Source: Macrostomum lignano (lineage: Eukaryota). From it: a stretch of DNA of 20,987 nucleotides. Below are positions 1 to 9,360 of the stretch, one piece after another (the first letter of the stretch is position 1; every line of letters starts with the position of its first letter). The notes beneath the pieces are model-generated. The model saw only the letters and a program-made list of their open reading frames with translations, had not been told where the DNA came from and made no database searches. The stretch is from NCBI GenBank assembly GCA_002269645.1, contig NIVC01005213.1, positions 1 through 20,987 on the forward strand, in the 5' to 3' direction. A program made the translations under genes and the position numbers.

Positions 1-111
1 ATGGAGCCGCAAAATAATAAATGAACGGCCCGACTGTGAAACAAGAAATATTTCATTCCTAGCCGCCTGCAGCAGCCGACTTTTTCTGCAACAGTTGAGA
101 GCCTTGCAATC

Positions 112-1750
112 ATGCGTGCATCATTGATAAACTGCATCAGCGAGAGCTCTGTTCACGGCATAGTCCGACTGTCAAGCAATCGAAAGGCCTACGTGAAGAC
201 AATCTGGTTGGTGGCTCTCCTTCTTTCTTTCGGCTACTGCATTCAACGAATCTACGACGCCTGTAGTAGGTATTCGAGAGGAGACGTTGCTACTACTATT
301 AAGGAGAATCATTTGGATTTTGAGTTCCCAGATGTGTATGTCTGCAACGAGAAGCCGATTTCTGCCAGCCAACCTGCTTATCTAAGTGATGAAGACTCCA
401 GGATACTGAATCGGTATAGAAGTATGGTTCGAACCGCAGTGGCAGAATTCGCACCAGAAGACTCACAGAGTGCGCTTAATACATACACCGTTAGGCTAGT
501 AAACAGCCTACCGTTTAGATTCTTGTCGGACAAGTTGGGCCACCAACTGTCGTCCGTGCTTTATGTCTACGTAGCAGGTAAGGAAGAATGGAATCTATCT
601 GTCGTGCGCAGCTCATATTTCATAAACTGTTTTGGATTGAATATCACAAGCAAAGAACGTTCAGCTCTACAAAATCCGAACAATGTGGTTCAGCTGGTTC
701 TGTTTCTGGATTCAAATCCTCCACCCAGTTAAGAGAAGTGGGGATGAAGATATACACGACTTTTACGGCCACAATTTAAATCTGAGACCTTTTGATTGGA
801 ATGTTATATATGGCACTGATTTCGCTGTGCCAATCGGCTGCAGAATCTTTCTAACTCCGAAAGGCAAGCATCCGAGCGAGATGGACACGCAAGTGCTCGT
901 GGGGCCAGCCCACAAGCATTCGATTCAGATCGAGATGCAAGACAAAGTGTACACGTCGGAAGATTTTCCCGACAAATGTAAGACAAAAACTGAAGAAAGT
1001 ACAGCTCAGTTTGTTGATCAGTACACGGGAAATATGGTCACGATAGAGTACAGTCAAGCAGTGTGCTGGTACCGCGAAGTTGCTCGGTTGTCCTTGGAGA
1101 GATTCAATTGTAGCGTTTATCCCATTATGACTCCGTGGGAGTACCGGTCTCTATCATCGTGCTTTAACCTATCGAGAGTACAGACTGACATTATCATCGA
1201 TTCAGTAATGATTTTATCAATTGCGAATTTGCTGGACGCTGCCACAAAGAATTGCGAACGAGATGTCCCGTGTAGAAACCGTGTTTACAGTTACAGGCAC
1301 TCAGCTAGCAGCTGGCCCTCCGTGCGCAATTGGCAAGAATTTATCATTCCGGCTTTGCTGACTTCTTACGACATGTCGAATAGTGGTCCTGGGCTTTCAC
1401 AGCTTATCTTCAACAGCACAATGGAGGAAGTCAAACAGTCCATTTTGCAGATTGAGTTGGAAGCTTCTTCTCGTAGAAGCCAAGAAGTTCAACTGTCTCT
1501 GGCGTACAGCTTCAACTCTTTGATTGCCGACATTGGCGGTCTGCTTGGGCTGTTCATGGGCATGTCGCTGTTGTCTATTTTAGAGCTGCTGGAGTTGGCG
1601 CATAGCTTTGCTATCAATGCTTTCGATGCTATCAGACTGCCGCTAGCGAAGTGGTCAAGAAAGAATACCCAGTCAGACTTGGAAATAGTTGAAAATTTTA
1701 ACGATGAGCGAAGTGGTCCAGAGTCGTTTATTGAATGCACGGATGCATAG
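112..1750 (+). CDS. DEG/ENaC (amiloride-sensitive sodium channel family) subunit, intronless, with one frame break near 720-750 (about 545 aa if repaired)
   Basis: ORF 112-732 has the pre-TM1 HG motif (SSVHG), TM1 (IWLVALLLSFGYCI) and FPDVYVCN. ORF 683-1750 has GCRIFLTPKGKHP, a Cys-rich thumb, the WPS motif and TM2 LIADIGGLLGLFMGMSLLSILE with the GxS filter. The two halves are collinear and offset by +1 nt. Confidence 0.9.
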
Positions 1751-3402
1751 ATTCTTAAGTACTTTGTGACACCGATTCACCGCTTGCAGTGACAGAACCA
1801 CATCTGCAGTTAATATTCAATACTTTTTATTTATTTCGAATGAAACTTAAACTCGCGACCTGAGCGAGGAGCAAATTATTTTAACAAGCATACACACAAA
1901 GACGCATACAGACCACACACAAGGAGATCTTCTTTTCTTGCCTCCTTTTATTAATAGTTCTCTGACACAGTTAAATTTATTTAACAAATATATAAATTTA
2001 ACAAATAAGTCTGCAATCTAAATCTTCTAAATACAACCCATAGCGACTTTATGTGAATAACAACTATAATATTATAATATGCTACTGTACATGCAAGTAG
2101 TAACGTAAGCGTAATGACTTTTGGTTGCAGTGAATTTTTCAGTGAACCATTTTTAAGGCAACACTGGTTTCAGGTAGGTGATGGAAGCTCAAATTTTATT
2201 TTGAATAAAACAAAAAGTCAAAAGATAAAGCGAGTTATTGATGATGCTGATAAGGGTTCGTTTAAAGTGGCCTTTTTCGTAACAGTATATTTTATCATTA
2301 TATTTGTAAGTACCTGTAGCGAAATTGCATTACACACTGATCACGAAAGCTGACCAGAAGGTACGAGCGTGTATTGAGAGAAAGCTACATGTCAAAACTT
2401 TAAAAGTACATTTTGCAGACTGATGATTTTTTCATCTCTATGTTGAGCCTGTAATGATGTATTGCTTTAATAGACAAGTAGATGAGGTTGCAAGTGAGAC
2501 GATAAAGTCGGTTGCCAACTAACCCTGATGAATTTTGAAAGGAATGTTGGAATCAACTGGTGAAAAAATATTACTTGATCAGTTAAACAAAGCTTGACGA
2601 AGGAATTTCGTTAAATTGTGATTATTTAGTCAATGCCTGACAACAGGAAAAGTTTCTAGAAATTGGAAATAACAAGTTTGGTGATCAATTTGCAGAATGA
2701 AATGAGATGGTTTTCATTAACTGACGCAAAAAATCATATCGAAAAAATGATACAGGCCTTAATAAATTTACGTAAACACACGGCATCGAAAACGTGAGTT
2801 TCATTGCAACAAAACGCCAGCAAATTGAGCTGGGAACGGTCAAATGTTAGCACAGATATAAGCGGTGCAAAAGTAAAACAAAGTGGGTAGCCGCTAGTAA
2901 GTAAAATATGTAAATACGGCTGAGCAAATGTAAGGGGTAAGAAAAATATTTAGAGTCCAATCACCAAAGAGACGCGTTGCGCGGGGCAGGGAAGCGAATT
3001 AAATCAACAAAATTTTTCAGCGGAAATAAATCGTGCAATCAAAAGTTAAATCATGCCAGCTTATACGATAAATAATTAATCCCGTTATTTCTTTAAAGAC
3101 CCAACAAGGCAGAGAAACAGACAGACAAAAATTAATCAAGAGCTCCCGACACTCCAAGGTGATAAAGTAAGCAAAATGAGCAAAATAATAAGTGCACAAG
3201 TTTTTCTATAGACAACTCGTTGTGAGCCAAGCATGGGAATGGAACCGAGAGGCGGCGACATTAGGAATCAAAAGTCTTGTTTACATGGGAGAGTTTATGA
3301 AATAGTCCGAATTGCGATAAATATATGAAAATAATACAATGATTTTCAAAGATAGAACTTGTTTACGCGCATAAAGTTTTAAAAGGACTCCGCGGTACTC
3401 AT

Positions 3403-6194
3403 TCAAAGCTTTTCCACACTCGTATCCTTGACCTTGCCCTCCGTCTTATCTTTGTCCTCCCTAGCTTCGGATTTCGTCTCGACGCTTTCGGCACGCCGCA
3501 GTCGCAGAAGGCGCATCTTTTCGGCGTATTCGCTGTAGCCGTGATGAGCGTAGCACAGGTTTTTGTGCTGGAAAAACACCAGACTCATGCTAGTCGGATG
3601 GTCCCGGTCTGGCTTTGGCAGCGCCGTGGTCGCATGGCTGTCGTGCTTGGCGGCTTCAATTAGAACAGAGCCGTGGGTAAGCGCTATGGCCAGGCCGCCC
3701 ATCCGGCTGTCTCGAAATAGTTCAGCACTGTCGGAGAGGAACTCTCGATTGCCTTCCGATCCTTTGCTGGATTCAGAGCCAACAGACTCGCTGCTGCGTC
3801 TCTTTGCCGACGGAGGCTGCAGAGGTTGCTCGGTGGACGCTTGTCGCTGGCACAGCTCTGGTTGGGATTGCCTAGTGGACTCTGTTGCGGTTTCTGATTC
3901 TGTTTTTGCTGCTGCTGTTGAGGCTGCTGCTGCTGCGACGGATAGTGTGGATACTGCAGCTGATGCTGCTGAGCAGGATATTGTTGATGCATGTGAGGGT
4001 ATTGCTTGTTCGGATTCTGAGGATACCGATGCGGCTGCTGATGCGGATAATCCATATCGAAAGCCGAGTGCTGCATAGAGTTGTGCTGATACGTGGGATA
4101 CGGATATTGTCTATATTGAGATGGCGGAATCCCTCTAGTTTGCTGGTGTTGGTTGTAATATCCGTGCTGAGGATACTGAGGTCGCCACTGACCTGGGTAA
4201 CCGCCGGGGTACTGGTGAGCCGGGTGCTCAACTGGATATCTTGGCGCGTAACCTTGGCGAGGTTGCTGCTGTAGTTGATAGTGCGGGGGAATCGATTGGT
4301 GCCACGAGCCCATTTGTTGATAGCTGTGTTGCTGCGGCTGAGGCTGCGGCTGCAGTTGCGCCTGCTGAGGTTGTTGTATTGGCGGATACGAAGGTTGCGG
4401 AAAAGCTGGTGGATGCGGTTGCGTGAATTCTGGGCGTGGGCCGCGTGGGTGAAATTGCATGTGTGGACTAGCATTAGTGTGTTGTTGTTTCTGAGATTGC
4501 GGATGCTGTGCGTACTGTTCCTGTAACTGTAACTGGCTTCCGCTTGAGGCACATCTAGTATCCCGAAGATTCGGTGTTTGCGGCATCGGGGGCGGTGGTG
4601 GAGGCAGCACATGCGTCGGAGGTTGGGGCTGTGGTGCCGGCGGAATCATTTGCTGAAGCTGCTGCTGCGGCTGCTGATGCCTTTGAAGCTGCTGTTGCGG
4701 TGGTGTCCATTGCACAGGCGATTTGCGAAACCAAGAGGCGATAGGCGGCAAAATCCCAACAGGAGCCACAGCGGCCATCATCGGTGGGCTAAAATGCTGT
4801 TGCTCGTCCTTGTCTGGACTGCGGTTACTCTTAATCGACTCAAATCCACTGTCGATGCTTGCTGGCGAATGCTCTTCCTTAGACGTGACAGCTTTTCCAG
4901 CCTTCTGGTTGTGAAGTTGCTTCTGTGCACCCTGCTGTGGCTTCTGCTGTACTTGCTGCTGTGCCGACTTCTTTATCTTCTTTCTAACAGCGCAGGGGGC
5001 CATCGGAGATCCGCGAACCCGTGTCACCAAGTTGACATGTCGTAGTTCTTGGATGGCACCATTAGTTATTCTCTCGCGCTGGCCGACCTCTGAGCCGAAT
5101 TCGTCCACTTCGCCGGGCATGTATCCCGGCAGCACGTGCAGCTGCTCGTCAGTCGATCGACTGGAGGTGAGAGTCACCACCACGTTGCAGCCTCCGTCTA
5201 GTGCGAACGTGTCCTTATGCGCGTGCATGCAGAAGTCAATGCAGGCTGTAACTCCGCTAAACGGTCGCTTATCTGGCGGCGCATTGCAGCCGAGACGGCA
5301 GTCGGCGGCCAGCTGCGAGTCCTGCACTTGCGCTTGAAAAGCCTCGGGCGCTGCGGCTTCGAGCACTCGGCCAGCTACGTCAGCGAGACAGTTAAGTCTG
5401 CAGGCCAATTCAGTTTCGGCGTCCAGCGAGCGTAGGCGAAACTTTCTGGCCTGCTCTCGGGTGCGAGCGAACTTACAGGCGTTATGAAACATACTCCATG
5501 AGCAGCCGAAGCTATAAGAAGCGCCGCAGGTGGCATCATCGAATCCTTGGCAACCGCAGGTGCGGCTCTCGTTTGCAGCGCACCGACGTTCGATTGGGAT
5601 GCCCTGGTGTGGGAGCTCGCCGGATAAATAATCGAATGCGCGATCAGCTAATTCTCTGGGGAGGCCCTCCCAGCTAACCAAAGCAACAACGATTACGGCT
5701 GTGGGGCATGCGTGACCCTGGCGAACTCTGACCAGGGCTAGAAACTTCTCTTGTTCACCGGTTCGACGTAGCACCCATTTAGCTGCAGGGCAGCCTCTCT
5801 CCGTGGCCCCCTCGCGCTCACTTGGCATCACAGTTTCAATACGCAGCGATGCAGGCTGCAGGCAGAGACTGGTTTCTAGGCGGCAACGCAGCTCTTGGAC
5901 AGTAGACGCAGCGCCAAGATGGCGATAGGCTGGCGGAGAGTCGGTCGAGACCATGGCCTCGGGTAGACAATTGCATACCTGTGGCGAAAGATCGCGTTTT
6001 CGGTCTTGTACAGGCGGCATTTGCTTTTTCTGTTTCCGATCAACTGCAGGCAAATACGATGTTGGCACAGCAGCAGAAGTCGTAGAGTCTGAATCTAGCT
6101 TTGGTAGATCGGACTGTTCGAGCGGAGAAGACGAAGTTATTTGATTTGTGCTCGTCGAAAAAATCGGATCACGCTTGATAACGTCTGTTTCCAT
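3403..6194 (-). CDS. TET: TET-family Fe(II)-dependent dioxygenase, intronless, catalytic domain split by a -1 frame break (about 930 aa if repaired)
   Basis: The 847-aa ORF has the Cys-rich domain (GCPAAKWVLRR, RRCAANESRTCGCQG, GASYSFGCSWSM), PFSGVTACIDFCMHAHKD (HxD at 5219-5211) and DEQLHVLP. The second frame is open from 4134 to 3403 and carries SDSAELFRDSRMGGLAIALTHGSVLIEAAKHDSHATT...HPTSMSLVFFQHKNL, the C-terminal half of the TET DSBH (distal His at 3636-3634). The track ORF starts at TTG 6227; the first ATG is 6194. Confidence 0.92.
3890..4990 (-). repeat. Q/P/Y/H-rich low-complexity coding insert within the TET DSBH (imperfect CAG/CAA runs)
   Basis: The translation shows poly-Q, poly-P and YPQ/QYP motifs lying between the two halves of the catalytic fold. 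Confidence 0.85.
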
Positions 6195-6737
6195 TACTAT
6201 TCCACGATGGAACTGAGACGGGGTCAATTCAGTCTAGAAGTGATAAGCCTTAGCAGAACTGAGGCATACGCTGCTGATGCGTACAAAATCAAATTCAGTT
6301 CTTTTGACTCCAAACGTATAGCTAAATCCAAAAATTTCACAGAATCGTCGAGTTCATGACAGTGTCAGCCTCCAGTTTCTCTCCTTATGCTTCATGCGGT
6401 AGCTCTGCGCTGCACGGAGCCTTTTTGTGAGGGATATAGTTGGTAGAGTGGAACTCGACTTTAGAAACGGGGACGGTGAAGAGACAGGCCTTGAGGGCGG
6501 GGACCAGCCAGGAGGAGTAGGTGCGTGCGCGCGTGTGCGATCGGGGGAGGCGGAGGAGGGAGAGGCCAGGACACGGCGGAGCTGCTGCAAAGCTTGGGGG
6601 AGAAGGTAGAGAGGAGGGGGGGTCTGGCCAGTTTGTTGGTACGCGAGAAGGCTAGAGGGGAGGGGGCAAGTGGAGAGAAAGAATGGGAAAGGACGGAGAG
6701 TGAGGCACCCTTTAAGCCAAGGGCACACTCGCTAAGA

Positions 6738-6760
6738 CATACACACACACACCACACACA
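6738..6760. repeat. Interrupted (CA)n microsatellite
   Basis: acatacacacacacaccacacac seen directly. Confidence 0.75.
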
Positions 6761-7998
6761 CAAGCTGTTGTCGCGTGCATGTGCAGACGGGGGTGAGTGA
6801 GCGATGCCGTTTTTGGCTGGACAGTAGAAGAGGCAGAGTGCGCGCGTGCGCCCAATGTGGCTGCAAATTTTGGGCTAGGGAAGGCCATTTTTTCAAGGGA
6901 AATGGGGCGGGCGCCTGCATGTGGGGGCCGGCGAGAGAAAGAGAAAGAGAGAGGGGGAGACAGAGAGGGCGTTCTGCTATCGCGTTGGTTGGCCCCTGGG
7001 TGAGGTTGGCACGGATTTTGTGCGCAAGCGCGCCGTGTGTGTGTATTAAACTTGGAACATGACTGTTCGCTGTTGGTTGGCACTGCGCGGCCCAAGTTCC
7101 CGTCCTCCTAGGAGACGGAGGTGGTTTTCTATGGGTCTCTCTATCCTGTGCTGATGCTAAGCTTTTGTGAACTGGACGCGCAGTCCGAATGAATGTACTC
7201 ACCGAGGAGGAAGAGTGACCCAATAACGGTTTGTATGGCCTTCAATCCGGGTGAGGCAAGGTGGAAATAGAATATAGTGAGAGGCAGAAAGAGTGCGGAA
7301 AGGGTCAGAACACTGGTCCCTCCTTTGGAGAAGTACACCCCTCGGCAGTACGCTTAACTTGCTGGGCGGGGGGGACCCTTGCGCTTCAGTTGGGGCGTTT
7401 CTCGGAATATGAGGGCGGCAGTTGTTCAGGAATGGAAGAAGGGTGGTGCGACGGAGGAAAAGAGAGGTGGAAAGAAAGGTGAGAGAGAGTATCGAGAGCG
7501 AGACAGAGCGGGGAGCATCTTTTCGCACCATTTCAGCTGGAATAAGAAAGGTTTATTTGGGAGTGCTCATAATACATGTAGTGACGCATTCTCTTTCTTT
7601 CCTTATTGTTTTGACCTAGCTCACTGGAAACTGGAAACTCCCTGGAAAGTGTTAGACCCTACTTCTCGCATTCTATAAGTACTATGAAGAATGGCTAGAT
7701 GGTCTCATTAAGTGTCTGTTTGCACTTGAACTGTCACAAAGCCACACCGCCAAACCTTTAACCAATTGGAGTAGTTTATACCAGATTTCACTTTTAGGCA
7801 TTGAAGGAGCCTGAAATTTGTTAGAAGACTTTCCGCCAGCAGAATTGGGCTCGGAATAGGAGAGACGGAAAGAAGCGAATAGGTGAAGGAGAACATGTTG
7901 GTTAGTAATGGATAGATAGTCTGTGCGCATGTTTTGAGCGTACACAGTCGGGTTGAGAGTAGTATGACAGAAAAAGAGAGAAAAGATCGACAGTGGCA

Positions 7999-8050
7999 CG
8001 AGAGAGAGAGAGAGTGAGAGAGAGAGCGAGAGAGAGAGAGAGAGAGGGAG
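7999..8050. repeat. Interrupted (GA)n microsatellite
   Basis: gagagagagagagagtgagagagagagcgagagagagagagagagagggagg seen directly. Confidence 0.9.
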
Positions 8051-8981
8051 GACACTAGACAGCAGACGCAGAGGAAGGCTTGAATATGTTGTTATCGTAC
8101 GCGCAGGACATGCGATCGAGTGCTGCGTACAGCCACAATAGCTGCGTAGCTAGCAAAGGGTGAGAGGGTACGGCTCACCCCACGGCCGCGGCGTGGAGAG
8201 ATGGCGGGACGAAGCCCAGAGCCCAGCCAAGATGTGAGAAAGAAGTTCTGTATCGCGCACCCACCAATATTCTACATAAATATCACGCCTGTGCTTATCC
8301 CTGACAGTGCACGTGTACACAACGGTGGAAAGAAAAGAAGAGAGAGGAGAGAGAGAGAGAGAGCAAAAGAGAACGACAGAGGGAAAGGCTTCCGCGCAAA
8401 AAATGATTGTACATTCTTCTTGTACTGCATGTGCATTTTCAATGCAAAAAAGCTGTTGTGCTAGAGCAGCAAAGCAGAAATGGAGGTGCTGGAATCAATC
8501 ACTGTGACAATTTTAGTGAGAAAAAATGTCTGCACACTGCCTGGCATTCTTACCAATAGCTCCATTTCCAATGATGATAGCTCAACGCATCAAAATAAGC
8601 ACAACTTTCTAATAGCTACTTTATAGAAATTCGTGCAATTGAAAAACTGATGTCCGTAACTGACTTTTCCTAAGAAATCGAAGGTTTTCATGAGTACTAA
8701 AGCTTATTAATAAATCGCCTAAAGTGCCCAGCTCAAAAGCCTTCCAACGAACTACTACTTACATGTCACCGATAGCTACGAGAGTAAGGAGCAAAGTACG
8801 GTTGCAAAGAAAAGTGATTATATACACGTACGCTTACTACTGCTAGTAGACAGTAGAGATCCTGATTCATAAAGAAAGGAAGTTAGTTAGGTATTCTATT
8901 AGAATGAAATAAAATTCAGTTCTTCCCTGTGTCAGCGTGTGTATGAGTGCGTGCCTGAGCTGTTTACAATATCCTGGCGCT

Positions 8982-9360
8982 ACGCTACGCGCCAGTATAT
9001 TACTACGCTGCGCGCCGCCTTCAAGATCGGCCACAAGCGAGTGACCAACGCGGCTTTGTATCACCGCGCCGGCCTGGTCCATCCAAGCGACCTGTTGCGC
9101 CGTCGGTGACTCCATCTGGCAGGCCACATCATCCGCGCCGAGTCGTACTGCCCAGAGCCGGTGCAGGAGGTGCTGCTGCTAACCCTGCAGGCACCCTACC
9201 GGCGGAGGTAGGCGCGCACTCGGCGTTTCGTCGACTGCGTGCTGGCTGACGCCGGCGCCCCGGATTCGGCCGGCGGCGTGGCGTTCATTTGCGACCTGGC
9301 CTTGAAGCGCGCCCTGTGACGCAAACTGCGTATTCTGTTGTTGTTGTTGTTGTTGTTTTT
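8982..9360 (+). mobile_element. 5'-truncated, inactivated RTE-type non-LTR retrotransposon (3' end of ORF2 plus (TGT)7 tail)
   Basis: Frame 9008-9319 reads LRAAFKIGHKRVTNAALYHRAGLVHPSDLLRRR*LHLAGHIIRA...PYRRR*ARTRRFVDCVL, resembling the RTE ORF2 C-terminus (xxNxELYxRxG...RRRLRLAGH...RRGRPRTRW). It has two in-frame stops (9107-9109, 9209-9211), a (TGT)7 tail at 9336-9356 and a candidate TSD TGGCGCT at 8975-8981 and 9360-9366. Confidence 0.8.

Noticed and set aside
1-62. Upstream ATGs at 1 (MEPQNNK*) and 21 (MNGPTVKQEIFHS*) as an N-terminal extension of ENaC
   Set aside because: Both stop early and would need more frame breaks; there is no homology support and the context is cut off by the window edge.
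3900-3910. Canonical -1 slippery heptamer with downstream pseudoknot in TET
   Set aside because: G CAA AAA does not fit X XXY YYZ and I saw no clear downstream stem; kept only as an open question.
3563-5435. Several + strand and alternate-frame ORFs over TET (171, 129, 155, 246 aa etc.)
   Set aside because: Shadow ORFs of CAG/CAA-rich coding sequence, giving Ala/Leu/Ser runs with no domain signal.
8158-8196. Hairpin GGGTGAG/CTCACCC followed by palindrome GCCGCGGC as a structured RNA
   Set aside because: Short stems are expected by chance in GC-rich DNA; no tRNA or other ncRNA architecture.
6354-8507. Many 60-160 aa ORFs on both strands
   Set aside because: They derive from GA/CT/CA-rich simple sequence and have no motifs or consistent splice chain.
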